Position numbers and translations under genes: made by a program. The notes under the pieces were generated by a model that ran no database searches, was not told the origin of the DNA, and worked only from the letters and a program-made list of their open reading frames with translations. This document shows positions 23,513 to 34,802 of a DNA stretch of 64,000 nt, piece after piece. Each line of letters opens with the position of its first letter. The stretch's first letter is position 1. The stretch comes from Ascoidea asiatica JCM 7603 (taxonomy: Eukaryota > Fungi > Ascomycota): assembly GCA_001600695.1 (NCBI GenBank), contig BCKQ01000011.1, positions 523,238-587,237 on the forward strand, given 5' to 3'.

Positions 23513-24286
23513 ATGACAAACAGAATATTTATCACCGGTGGTGGTTTAGGAATTGGCTATAAGACAATAGAATTTTTAATAAATGATTACGAAGACACAA
23601 AGATAGTTACTTTGACTTTGGATGTTGGCAAAGATTTGACTCAATTGAAAGAATTACATCCAGATAGAATATTTATTGTTAAAGGAGATGTCACTGTTGA
23701 GGAAGATATGAAAAAAGCAATTAAAGAATGTGAGTTAAAATTAGGTGGTATAGATACTTTAATTGTAAGTGCAGGAATCGAAGGTGATTTTAATAGAATA
23801 TTTGATATGTCTTATGAACATTTTAAAAAAGTAATGGATATAAATGTATCTGGTGTATTTTTAACAATCAAATCTTCTTTACCATATTTAAGAAAAAGTA
23901 AAGTTGGTAAAGCAATAGTTGTTTCTTCAACAGCAGGTAGAGCTTGTTATGCTGGTAGAGTGGCTTATACTTCTTCAAAAGCTGCTCTTAATAGAGTTAT
24001 TGATACTTTAGCTTGGGAAGAAAAAAATTTAAAAATATTTGGTGTATTTCCTGGTTTAACTAAAACTCCAATGTCAGATAAATTAATAAATGGTGATTAT
24101 GATCATATAATGTATCCAGAAGAAACTCAAAGATATCATAATTGGATTAAAAACGGTCAAGTTGATCCTCCAAATTGGTGTGCAGATGCAATAGCTAGAA
24201 TTTCAACAGGTAAATCTCCTGGTTTGCCTGGTAAAAGTTGTAGTTATTCAGAACATGTTCCTGAGTTAAAATTAGGCTATTGGTAA
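23513..24286 (+). CDS. Classical short-chain dehydrogenase/reductase
   Basis: TGGGLGIG, GDVT, SAG, VSS, YTSSK catalytic motif. Confidence 0.92.
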   Translation: MTNRIFITGGGLGIGYKTIEFLINDYEDTKIVTLTLDVGKDLTQLKELHPDRIFIVKGDVTVEEDMKKAIKECELKLGGIDTLIVSAGIEGDFNRIFDMSYEHFKKVMDINVSGVFLTIKSSLPYLRKSKVGKAIVVSSTAGRACYAGRVAYTSSKAALNRVIDTLAWEEKNLKIFGVFPGLTKTPMSDKLINGDYDHIMYPEETQRYHNWIKNGQVDPPNWCADAIARISTGKSPGLPGKSCSYSEHVPELKLGYW

Positions 24287-24396
24287 TTGAATATAATCTT
24301 TTTTATTTTTCATAGTAAATTTATTTGTAAATAGCAATGTTTTTAGTCAATGATAAAGATGAGCAATGTAAAAATAAACATAAATAAAAAAACAAT

Positions 24397-24470
24397 TGAT
24401 TTTGCCCAGGATGGAACTGGGGACGTTCTGCGTGTTAAGCAGATGCCATAACCAACTAGACCACAAAACC
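24397..24470 (-). tRNA. tRNA-Val(AAC), T-loop variant TTCCATC
   Basis: GGTTTTGTGGTCTAGTTGGTTATGGCA-TCTGC-TT-AAC-AC-GCAGA-ACGTCCCCAGTTCCATCCTGGGCAAAATCA. Confidence 0.92.
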
Positions 24471-24839
24471 AACATTAATTTTTAAATATCATTATTTCCA
24501 CTAATACCTACAATATATAAAAGGTAAAAATGTTTTGCGGACTTTTCCATTTCCTTATCTCAAAATAATCGGAGAAATAATAATATGTAATAAGATTTTG
24601 GAGTTTTAGTTGCTGGAATATTTTTGAGGAAATTTCTAAGATTGATTAAAAATTTATTTCAAGTTTGTTGATTACTATTATTTGTTGATTAATGGTTTAA
24701 CTTATTTAATACTACTAAAGACCTTGTTTTCTTCTTTTTTCTGTTTTAGTTTTTTGGTTGTTTCATTTTAAATTATTATTATTATTATTATTATTATCAT
24801 CTTCATAGTCTCATTATTATTATTGATAATTCAAAAGAA

Positions 24840-25754
24840 ATGTCGATTAGTTTGAAAAAAGAATTCAAATTGAACTCTGGTGGAACAATTCCAAGTATTG
24901 GAATAGGAACTTGGCAAAGTGATGGAAATTCAGTTTGTTATGCTTTACAACATGGATTTCGTCATATTGATGGAGCATGGGCATATGGAAATTTAGAAGA
25001 TGTATCGAAAGGAATTAAAGATTCTAAAATTCCAAGAGATTTAATTTTTTATACAGATAAATTACCAAATACTTGGCATAGTAGATCAAAAGAATGTTTT
25101 TCAAAAACATTCGAAAAATTAGGTGGTCTAGACAATATTAAATATATTGATTTATGGTTAATGCATTGGCCAACACCTTTAAATCCTAAAGGTAATAATG
25201 ATAAAACTCCAAGAAAAAAAGATGGTAGTGTTGATTTTGAAGAGAATTGGGATTTTATTAAAACTTGGAAATCAATGGAAAATATTTATGAAAATAATAA
25301 AGATAAATTAAAATCAATTGGTGTTGCAAATTTTGATATTGAACATTTAGAATTATTATTAAAAAATTGTAAAATTATACCTTCAGTTAATCAAGTTGAA
25401 TTACATCCAAATAATCCACAACCTGAATTGAAAAAATATTGTGATAGTAAAGGAATTCAATTAGTTGCATATTCACCATTAGGATCAGTTGGATCCGATT
25501 TAATGAAAAATGAAAAAATTAAAGAAATTGCAATTAGAAATAATAGATCAGTTGCTCAATGTTTAATTAGTTGGGGTATTTATCAAGGATGGGCTGTAAT
25601 TCCAAAATCTTCATCTCCTGAAAGAATCCAAGAAAACTTTGACGTTAAACCACTATCAAAAGAAGATTATGATTTAATAAGTAAAATTGGTAGTGAAAAA
25701 CATAAAAGATATATAAGACCAGATTGGTATATTTTTGATGACAAAGATGATTAA
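24840..25754 (+). CDS. Aldo-keto reductase (Gcy1/Ypr1/Ara1-like)
   Basis: GIGTW, HIDGAWAY, DKL, LMHWP tetrad; SIGVANF, NQVELHP, AYSPLG, IPKS. Confidence 0.93.
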   Translation: MSISLKKEFKLNSGGTIPSIGIGTWQSDGNSVCYALQHGFRHIDGAWAYGNLEDVSKGIKDSKIPRDLIFYTDKLPNTWHSRSKECFSKTFEKLGGLDNIKYIDLWLMHWPTPLNPKGNNDKTPRKKDGSVDFEENWDFIKTWKSMENIYENNKDKLKSIGVANFDIEHLELLLKNCKIIPSVNQVELHPNNPQPELKKYCDSKGIQLVAYSPLGSVGSDLMKNEKIKEIAIRNNRSVAQCLISWGIYQGWAVIPKSSSPERIQENFDVKPLSKEDYDLISKIGSEKHKRYIRPDWYIFDDKDD

Positions 25755-26380
25755 TCAATTGATTAGACATGACAAATCAGTAACTAATGAATCTGAAGTA
25801 ACCACCATTTAAATAAATAATCATTAAATAATTAATCATTAAAATATTCGAATATAATACTGGGAGTTTGTACCTGCATATAAACGCACCGAAGGCAACC
25901 AGTCCAACGGCTTCAAACCCGTTGAAACGGAAAGGTTCGTTAACAAGTTCGTCAGAGGTTGTTTTTTTCGGAAGTGTTCTTTAAAAAACATTTGTGGCGC
26001 AGGGGGTTCGCTAGTATCGGAAATGTTCCGGCGCGGATAGACCCGAGCGGAGAACTGCGACAAGAGGAAGAAAATCTTCTTGAAATCGAGTTTGATCTTG
26101 GTCTTTATTTAAGTTCAGCGTTGATTATTAGTAATTAAGGAGTAAATAAGGATTCTATGATTTCGATAAGGAATCTTTGCTGAGAATTAATCTTACAAAC
26201 TTTAAAGATATTAATATGGTAATAAATATTCTTGTATTTCTTAATAGCAATATTTCAAAAATCATATAATGTTCTCTTTTTTTTTGTATATACAATATAT
26301 AAGATATTAATTGTCATTGGTATATCAATTATATAGTAAAATAATCAAATAACATCAGTAACAATATTTTATATATCAAT

Positions 26381-27673
26381 ATGAGTAAAGATTTTAGTAA
26401 ATTAAGTCCAAAGACTCAAGAAATTTATGATTTATATCATGATCATATATCTTGTGGATTTTCTCCTTTACCTGTTGCAATTATTAAAGCTAAAGGTTCA
26501 AAATTATGGGATATTGATAATAAAGAATATATTGATTTTTTATCAATGTTTGCAGTTACAAATATGGGACATTCTCATCCAAAAATTGTTAAAGCTGCTC
26601 AATTAGCTTTAGAAAATTCTGCAATTATAAATACATCAATTTTAAGTCCATCATTAGCAAAATTTTCTTTAAAATTATGTAAATTTTTAAATTATAATGA
26701 TGGAAAATTTGTACCAATGACAAGTGGTGCAGAAGCTGCTGATTCTGCTGTTAAAATTGCAAGAAAATGGGGTTATGAAATCAAAAAAATTCCAATTAAT
26801 GAAGCTATTATACTTACAGCTACATCTTGTTATCATGGTTTAACAGTTTCAACACATTCTATGGCTTCAAAACCAAATCCAATTTTTGGTCCATATGTTA
26901 ATAATGTTGGTTCAACATTACCTGATGGTGAAATTTCAAAATTTGGTGATATTAAAAGTTTAAAATTAATTATAGAAAAATATCATAAAAATATTGCAGG
27001 TTTTATGGTTGAAGCAATTCAAGGTTCCGCTGGTATAGTATGTCCTCCGGATGATTATATTAAAGAAGCTTTCAATCTTTGTCAAAAATTTAATATATTA
27101 TTTATTGCAGATGAAGTTCAAACTGGTTTTGGTAGAGCTGGTTATAAATTAGCTTGTTTTAAATATAATATAAAACCCGATTTAATCTGTCTTGGTAAGG
27201 CAATTTCTGGGGGATTAATTCCATTTTCAGGTGTTCTTGGTAAAAAACAAGTAATGGATATTCTTAAAGCTAATGAATTAGGTTCAACAATGGCTGGTAA
27301 TCCACCAGCAACTGAAGCTGGAATGGCTGCAATTGATGTATTTGAAGAAGAAAAATTAGATGAAAGGTCTTTAAAATTAGGTGAAATATTAGTTAAAGAA
27401 ATGGAAAAAATAAATCCTCCACATTTTATTGGTTTTGATGGTCAAGCGTTATTTAGATCTGTTTTACTTGATGGTAAAATTAATCCAAGAAGATTAGTGG
27501 CATTATGTGCTCAAAGAGGACTAATTTGTAATGCTACATCTAGTGGTAGAATTAGATTATGTCCAGCTCTTACAATTCCTGAAGAAGAATTGCTTAAAGG
27601 AATTGAAATATTTTGTAATTGTTTGAAAGAAATTGATGAAATAAAAGGTGATATTATCGGAGAATATATATAA
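26381..27673 (+). CDS. Class-III PLP aminotransferase, divergent ornithine-aminotransferase paralogue
   Basis: SGAEA, EAIQG, FIADEVQTGFGR, LGKAISGG (PLP Lys), GSTMAGNP; substrate residues differ from CAR2/OAT. Confidence 0.9.
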   Translation: MSKDFSKLSPKTQEIYDLYHDHISCGFSPLPVAIIKAKGSKLWDIDNKEYIDFLSMFAVTNMGHSHPKIVKAAQLALENSAIINTSILSPSLAKFSLKLCKFLNYNDGKFVPMTSGAEAADSAVKIARKWGYEIKKIPINEAIILTATSCYHGLTVSTHSMASKPNPIFGPYVNNVGSTLPDGEISKFGDIKSLKLIIEKYHKNIAGFMVEAIQGSAGIVCPPDDYIKEAFNLCQKFNILFIADEVQTGFGRAGYKLACFKYNIKPDLICLGKAISGGLIPFSGVLGKKQVMDILKANELGSTMAGNPPATEAGMAAIDVFEEEKLDERSLKLGEILVKEMEKINPPHFIGFDGQALFRSVLLDGKINPRRLVALCAQRGLICNATSSGRIRLCPALTIPEEELLKGIEIFCNCLKEIDEIKGDIIGEYI

Positions 27674-27805
27674 TAAATCTACATTATATAACAATTATTG
27701 TCAATACATTTTTATATTCCTGAATAAATTAATACCAATGAATGAAATAAAAAAGAACAAAAGAAATTTTGGTGAACTAACTTAAAAATTCTTTTAATAA
27801 AATAT

Positions 27806-27878
27806 TGCCTTCAGCCTGATTCGAACAGACGATCTCCTCATTACTAGTGAGGTGCCTTACCAACTTGGCCATAAAGGC
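27806..27878 (-). tRNA. tRNA-Thr(AGT)
   Basis: GCCTTTATGGCCAAGTTGGTAAGGCA-CCTCA-CT-AGT-AA-TGAGG-AGATCGTCTGTTCGAATCAGGCTGAAGGCA. Confidence 0.95.
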
Positions 27879-28718
27879 AATTAGATATACTCTTTTTTAA
27901 ACTGCTAAATAATATCAAACAGCTCTTTGCGTATTTTAAATTTTATGTTTTAACCCAGTTGTTTTATTGGGCTTTAAAGTTGAATATTACTGTAAATGGA
28001 TGTTGTTTTGTGTAGTGTATCACGTGATTTATCAAACCGAAACTTCTCGTAGCGAACCAGGCACAGACAGATTCTTGCCAGAAATTACAAAATAATAGAA
28101 ATAGAAATGATGAGACAATGGAAATGGTAAGGGAAATAGAAATAATCAAAAAAAAATATTCAAGCGTAAATGCATAGAAATAGGTGAAGGATATGTGATT
28201 TCAGTTACTTATTTGCATGTTGTTGAGAATCATGAATAGAATACTTCACATTTGTCTTCGTGCTCTGTCATCTCAAATGGTGAGTGTTTGATGGGGTTGT
28301 TTTATGGGGTGTTTGAGGGATGATTAGCTTGTTTGAATCATTATCTATCTGCATATTTCAGACCTTTATCTGAGTGGGTGAGTAAAGAAAAAAATATTCA
28401 AGTGATCAAAGATTTCCTGAATAATCTATATTCAAATCCAACTCAGAGAATTGAATTACAAGAATAAAACTATTCTTCAAGTTCAATAAACAAATACTTA
28501 TGAAGGAACTCAGAAATCGCTCCCCACCGTTACTTTATATGAATAACTGTGATTTAGTAATTTAGTTTGTAATAGAAATCCTTATTCAATGAAATATATT
28601 TATATACAGTATTTTTTTTATCAATGTTTGTTTTAACAAAGATATAAAATAGTCACTTAACAATTTTCAATCATGTATTAAAAGAAATCTGATGTAATAT
28701 TTTTATGTCATAATATCC

Positions 28719-28742
28719 TTCTGGAATAACATTATTCCAGAA
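28719..28742. promoter_or_regulatory. Perfect 11-bp inverted repeat with two TTCnnGAA (HSE-like) units
   Basis: TTCTGGAATAA-CA-TTATTCCAGAA ~220 bp upstream of the ADH ATG. Confidence 0.4.
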
Positions 28743-28964
28743 TAATTATTGATAATTAGCTAAAATTATATTTGCATAGGGCAGATAGATAATAATTTAA
28801 AAAAAAATATTCTAATATAATTTTCAAATGACAACTTTTGTCTAAACTTTCTATGACTATGATTTAATTTAAATACTCCTTGAAATCTTATAATTTATAT
28901 ATTCAAAAATTTTTTTGTTTTCAAAAATTAATAAAAATAAGTTATAATAATTCATATATAAAAA

Positions 28965-30173
28965 ATGCTTAGAGTCATTTCAAATTCTTTATCAAATCCT
29001 ATTCTTTTGAATAGAACAATAGTTCCATCAACCATATCTTTAATTAGATTATCTTCAAATATTTCTCATATTTCTTCTATTTCTCAAAATAATTTAAGAA
29101 GATTCAATTCTTCATATTCAATACCTAAAACTCAAAAAGCATATATATTTAACCATCAGACTGGAAAATTACAATTTGTTAATGATTATCCAGTTCCAAA
29201 ATTAAATTCAAATCAAGTTTTATTAAAAACTAAAGCTGTTGGTTTATGTCATTCAGATTTAAGTATATTAGAAGGTTTAAGTTTACCTTTTAAAAAATCC
29301 TTTATTATGGGTCATGAAATTTGTGGTGAAATAGTCGATACTAATTTACCAGATTCTAATTTATCATTAAAAAAAATATTTGAAATTGGTAAAACATATA
29401 CTGTTCAAGGTGTTAATCCTTGTGGAGAATGTTCAAGTTGTTTAAAAGGTTTTGAAACAACTTGTACAGGAAATCAAGGTATTTGGTATGGTATTGGTAG
29501 AGATGGTGGTTATGGTGAATATTTACCTGTTGATATTAAACATCTTATAAAAGTTCCAGAATCTTTACAAAATAGTCCAGAAGTTTGTTCAATTGCAACA
29601 GATGCTGTTTTAACTCCATATCATGCTTTGAAAAAAATTAAAAATTTAAATGGAATGCATAAAATCTTAATAATTGGTTTAGGAGGTTTAGGTTTAAATG
29701 CTGTTCAATTAGCTAAAAAAGCTTTTGGTGCTTATGTTATTTGTTCTGATTTTAAAGAAAGTCAAAGATTAAAAGCTAAAGAATTTGGTGCTGATGAAGT
29801 TTATGAAACTTTACCAACTTCATCATTAGATGTAGATTCTGTTCTTGATTTTGTTTCAATTTCTCCAACTGTTTCAACTGGTATATTTCATCTTAAATCT
29901 CAAGGTCAATTAATCCTAGTTGGTATTAATCCAAAAGGATTTGCTTTATCAATAAAAGAAATTACTCAAGTTTTAGCAAAAGAATTAATAATACAATCTA
30001 CTTTTTGGGGAACTAAACAGGATCAAATTGAAGTATTGGATCTAATAGGAAATAAAAAAATTAATCCAAAATATAAAACTTTCTCTTTATTCAAAGACTT
30101 GAAAGCTCAAATGGATGTAATGGCTGAAGGTAAAATGGTTGATAGAGCTGTATTCATTCCTAAGTCTGAATAA
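28965..30173 (+). CDS. Zn-dependent secondary alcohol dehydrogenase/carbonyl reductase (MDR) with probable mitochondrial presequence
   Basis: GLCHSD, GHE, CGECSSC...C, TDAVLTPY (Asp ligand as in Candida secondary ADHs), GLGGLG; ~50-aa Ser/Arg-rich acid-free N-terminus. Confidence 0.9.
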   Translation: MLRVISNSLSNPILLNRTIVPSTISLIRLSSNISHISSISQNNLRRFNSSYSIPKTQKAYIFNHQTGKLQFVNDYPVPKLNSNQVLLKTKAVGLCHSDLSILEGLSLPFKKSFIMGHEICGEIVDTNLPDSNLSLKKIFEIGKTYTVQGVNPCGECSSCLKGFETTCTGNQGIWYGIGRDGGYGEYLPVDIKHLIKVPESLQNSPEVCSIATDAVLTPYHALKKIKNLNGMHKILIIGLGGLGLNAVQLAKKAFGAYVICSDFKESQRLKAKEFGADEVYETLPTSSLDVDSVLDFVSISPTVSTGIFHLKSQGQLILVGINPKGFALSIKEITQVLAKELIIQSTFWGTKQDQIEVLDLIGNKKINPKYKTFSLFKDLKAQMDVMAEGKMVDRAVFIPKSE

Positions 30174-30763
30174 ATCTATTTTTTTCGTTTTTTAAATGTT
30201 TGTTCTTTGTTCTTTCTTTTTTCTTTATTGCCTTTTGCAAAACAATTTTTTATAATAATTAATGACATTTTTCTCTTTCAAGTAAAATATTACCCAATAG
30301 CTAATATTTTTTATAGTAATTCAACTTTTCATTTTTTTCATTTTTCTTTGTTTTTGATGATTTCAAAATCCTTTTTATTAATAATCTGTTAACTCATTTA
30401 TCCTCGATCGTTTTCCACTTTTGAGACCTGAACTTTTATTAAAAAGGATAATTTTGGATTATGATGAGTACTTCAAACTAATATAATCATTCTCAAAATT
30501 GTTTTCATTATTACTGTACTGGATAAATAAGTTTTCATTTATTTTAAAAAATTTTTTCGGTTTATTTTTTGTAAATTTCACACAAAATAATCTTTCTATT
30601 AGTTGAAAAGATAGTGTTAGAATAAAATACATTTCGTTTGAAAATATAAAAAAAAAAATGCTTTATTGATTTATTGATTTAAGTTTAAAATAATTCCTTT
30701 TAATTTATGTATCAAATAAAATTATTTATGTATCAAATAAAATTATTTATGCACTAAGTAAAA

Positions 30764-32848
30764 TTATTTAGAAATTAAGTCAAGATTAAATTTAATTGCG
30801 CTTAAAGTACTATCCAATTTATTTTTAATTGAATCTTTGATATTTGATTTTAATTTAATTTCATCAACTAATCTAATCAAATAAGTTAAGTCGATTTTAT
30901 TAGAGTTGAATGAAGTTCCAATTAAATTGCATATACATCTCAAACACATTAATAGTATACTAACATTTGAATTGTTGAAATTTTCAATATTTTTTTCATT
31001 TTCTTTAGTTTTAAAAGAATCTAAAATTTTTGAAATTATTAATTCGATTTGATTATTATTTTCAGTTGATGATGGTAAAAATTCTATAATTATTCTTAAT
31101 AAATCATAACCAACTAATTTGTTATTAGGAGGCCAGTTATTAATTATTGTTGAAGAATAATTGAATAATTTTAAAGAAGATTCAGGATTTTTTTTAAAAT
31201 CTAAACTTTTTAAATCATTTAAGATTTCATTTAATTCATCGTTTGAGAATTTATGACTAATATTCAAATTAACATCATCATTACCCTTTTTAATACCTTT
31301 TAAAATTAAATCACTTTTGAAACTTTCAAATTTTTTTGAATCTTTTAAAATTTTATCTTTATCATTATAAGAATCAGAATATGGATTATAGATTTCATTT
31401 GAATTATTTGAAGATAAATTACTTTGTTGAGTATTGGTTAGAATAAAATTAACAACTTGATCTAAATAACTTGAAGGCAAATCATTTTCTGATAAAAAAT
31501 TTTCTGCAGCTGTAAAAGGAGATTCAGTCAAATTATAACATAATTTTAAAGGTGGTTCATTTTCTTTTATATCAACATCAAAAATAAAATCAAATTTTTT
31601 ACCATTCATTTCTTTTTTTAAATCACTTGATTGAGTATTAGAACCAACAATATCACCAATTTTAATCCATTTTGATTCAATTGAAGACCATTGGTAAGCT
31701 TCTTTTTTATTTAATTCAGTATTATCAATTAATAAAATTTCACCATCTTTTTTACCTTTTTTTTTCAAAAAAGATTTATTTTTGATTTCGGTTTTATTTA
31801 AATCTAAAGTTTGTTGATTAATTGCAGAATTTTCAACATCTTTTAAAAAATTATTATGTTTTATAATATTAATTCTATTAATATCATTTGAAAAAATATA
31901 AATATAACCATCAGAACCTGCAGTTACAATATCATTATTTGGAAAAGCAGAACAAGACCAGATTGAAATACAAGGTAAATATATAGTTTGAATACAATTA
32001 ACATTATTTAAATCTTTTAAATTCCAAATTCTTAAAGATCTATCTTCACCAGAAGATAAAATATGATTATCATTTAATAAAGATAAATTATAAATAAAAG
32101 AAGTATGACCAGATAATTGATTAATTAAATTATAAGGTTTATTTAAATTCCAAATTTTAATAATTGAATCATTTGAACAAGTTAAAAATATATTTTTTTT
32201 TTTTAAAATTAAAATTTTTCTAATAACATCATTATGAGCATTATTAATTGTATGAATACAATTTTGATTTTCCCAGATTTTTATTGATTTATCTGCAGAA
32301 CAAGTTATGAAATGATTAAAATTTATAAATTTTGAATCCCAAATAACATTTGAATGACCAATTAATTTATATTTTAATTTAAAATTTTCCCAAATTATTG
32401 TAAAATTATCCCAAGATGAACTAATTATTAAATTTTTAAAATCATTTGTAATTGGATCTTTATAATTAATTGAATCTAATGAACATATATTTGATTCATG
32501 ACCAATTAAACAATATTTTGGTTGTAAAATTTCATTATTATTTGATAAAGTAGATAATTCAGTTATATTAATTAATTTATCCTGACCACCAGAAATAATT
32601 AAATCATTTTCATTTTCATCTTGAAAATCTTGGTGATCTTCTTCTGTTTTTTTCAAAATCGATAAGGAATTTAAAAACCCAGTTGAAATATAATTTACAT
32701 TAGTTTCCCATGTTTTTGAAGTAGAATTAAATTTAGTGACTTTCAAATTTGCATCTCTTGACACAGTAACTATTGTATCGTTATAAGGAGTCCTAACATC
32801 CTTAACATCTTGATCATGAACTTTGATAGAATCAGATAATTTATACAT
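30764..32848 (-). CDS. DOA1: Doa1/Ufd3 (WD40-PFU-PUL)
   Basis: HDQDVKDV, SSSWD, SSGEDRSLRIW; PFU motif FDFIFDVDIKENEPPLKLCYN...YLDQVVNFI. Confidence 0.93.
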   Translation of the reverse strand: MYKLSDSIKVHDQDVKDVRTPYNDTIVTVSRDANLKVTKFNSTSKTWETNVNYISTGFLNSLSILKKTEEDHQDFQDENENDLIISGGQDKLINITELSTLSNNNEILQPKYCLIGHESNICSLDSINYKDPITNDFKNLIISSSWDNFTIIWENFKLKYKLIGHSNVIWDSKFINFNHFITCSADKSIKIWENQNCIHTINNAHNDVIRKILILKKKNIFLTCSNDSIIKIWNLNKPYNLINQLSGHTSFIYNLSLLNDNHILSSGEDRSLRIWNLKDLNNVNCIQTIYLPCISIWSCSAFPNNDIVTAGSDGYIYIFSNDINRINIIKHNNFLKDVENSAINQQTLDLNKTEIKNKSFLKKKGKKDGEILLIDNTELNKKEAYQWSSIESKWIKIGDIVGSNTQSSDLKKEMNGKKFDFIFDVDIKENEPPLKLCYNLTESPFTAAENFLSENDLPSSYLDQVVNFILTNTQQSNLSSNNSNEIYNPYSDSYNDKDKILKDSKKFESFKSDLILKGIKKGNDDVNLNISHKFSNDELNEILNDLKSLDFKKNPESSLKLFNYSSTIINNWPPNNKLVGYDLLRIIIEFLPSSTENNNQIELIISKILDSFKTKENEKNIENFNNSNVSILLMCLRCICNLIGTSFNSNKIDLTYLIRLVDEIKLKSNIKDSIKNKLDSTLSAIKFNLDLISK

Positions 32849-33797
32849 TTTTTGAGAATTACTGATTTGATTATAAATTGATTAGAGTTGAATGAATTAA
32901 TGAGATTTTTTTGAAAAAAACACAAAATTTGTCTATAAATGAGTAAAAAGAGGCAATTGGTTTCATCAATTGGATAATCAATGCAAATAAGAAAGGAATT
33001 GAGTGGACAAATTCTAGTAATAGCCTGGATTATCAATTATAAATAAGCAATTATCAACTATGAATCATAAACTTCTTTTTATTTCATTCACTTCATCTAT
33101 GTTAATTATTTCCTGATTTCATTCCTCCATTTCCTTTATATTGTTTGCTTCGCTTATTTCGAAACTCGTAAAGTGCCAAATTCCAAAGAAGGTTCAAGTC
33201 ACATGAATCAAGTGGCAAAAATAAAATTACAGAAATCAAGGATTGCTAATAAATTACATAATCCGTGCTCATTTCCATTACCAGGATACAGTACGTCATT
33301 AAGGTTATTAATCCTTGTTCAGGAACTGTGTGGTGTGGCTGTAATACGGTTTTTGTGGCGGTGTCCGTTTTATGTGGCTGGTTCTGCTTGTTTCTGTTTT
33401 TTTCTTCTCGCTCAGCGGCATTTGCGATTGAAGCACTCAATTCAATTTCTCTTTTTCTGCATCTTTTATTTTATTTTGCAATCTCTGAATTAAAACAGTT
33501 TTAGACACATTCAATAATTTGCCATCTAAAAATTAATTAACCAACTGCTACTCAATCAATAGTTCATATTCAATCTTTGTTAATTGTTAATTGATAATCA
33601 ATAATCCTTAATCATTAATCATTAATTGATAAACTGTTAGTGTAATTGATACATATTAATTCAATTTTGTCAAGTGAAAATTATTTATAAGTGCTATTAC
33701 TTATTTACCTACTTATTTCATTCATATATTCAATATCAAAAGTTTATATTTTTATATCTTTATATAATCTCAATTATTTCATATATTATATGGAAAA

Positions 33798-34763
33798 ATG
33801 TCTCAATATATTGGTAAAACAATCTCTTTGATATCAAATAAAGGTATTAGATATGTTGGTATATTAGATAATATCAATGGTGAGGATGCCACTGTTGCCT
33901 TAAGAAAAGTTAAAGCTTTAGGAACTGAAGGTAGAACTGGTGATCCATTAAAAGAGATCCCTCCAACTTTAGATACCTATGATTATGTTGTATTTAGAGG
34001 TTCTGATGTTAAAGATTTATCTGTTTTAGATGTCCCCCCTGAACAAGTTTTACCTCAAGTTCTTTCTTTTGCATCTCAGCCTGTTCAACATCAACCATCT
34101 GTTCCTCCTTCTCAAGCTCAACCTCAACCTCAAGTTCAACCCCAAGTTCAACCTCCACCTCAACAACAACAACCACAACAATCTCAAGCCTCCTCTCAAT
34201 ATCCTTCTAGTTATCCCCAACAACCATATCAAAGACAATCTCAACAATTACCTCAACAAGCTTCTCAAAAACCTCCTCAACAATATTCGCAATCACTTCC
34301 TCCAAAACCTCAAGTTCCTCAACAAAAATATCAATATCAACAATCAAATTCCCCTTCAAAAATTCCTTCTTCTATTTCTTCTCTTCCAAAAAAACCAATT
34401 AGTAAAACTACAACCTCTCAAATACCTTCTGCTGATTTTGATGATTTAGATAATTCTGAAAATTCTGATAATTCTTCTATATTATCTGTTCCTTCAAATA
34501 AATCTCCAATTATTCAAAATAATAATATTAATAGAGATGCTCCATTACCTCCTTCATCTGATTCAAATAAAAAAATTGATAACAATTATAATACTTTACA
34601 TTCTTCTCCTGAAAAAATCGCTCCTGTTAAACCTTATAAAGGTGATCAACACGATTATATTCAAAGCCAAGCCAAAGAATATGGTTATAATAAACAATTT
34701 AATAATGATCATAACCCAAATTCAAATACTAAAAATCATTATAATAAATCCTATTATAACAAC

Positions 34764-34802
<39 letters not shown>

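Noticed and set aside
26381-27673. Assigning the symbol CAR2
   Set aside because: Key ornithine-binding residues are substituted, so orthology is uncertain
30703-30751. 21-bp tandem duplication downstream of DOA1
   Set aside because: Ordinary slippage duplication in an AT-rich 3' region
33173-33504. Three overlapping ORFs between DOA1 and SCD6
   Set aside because: They lie in a divergent promoter and have no recognisable motifs
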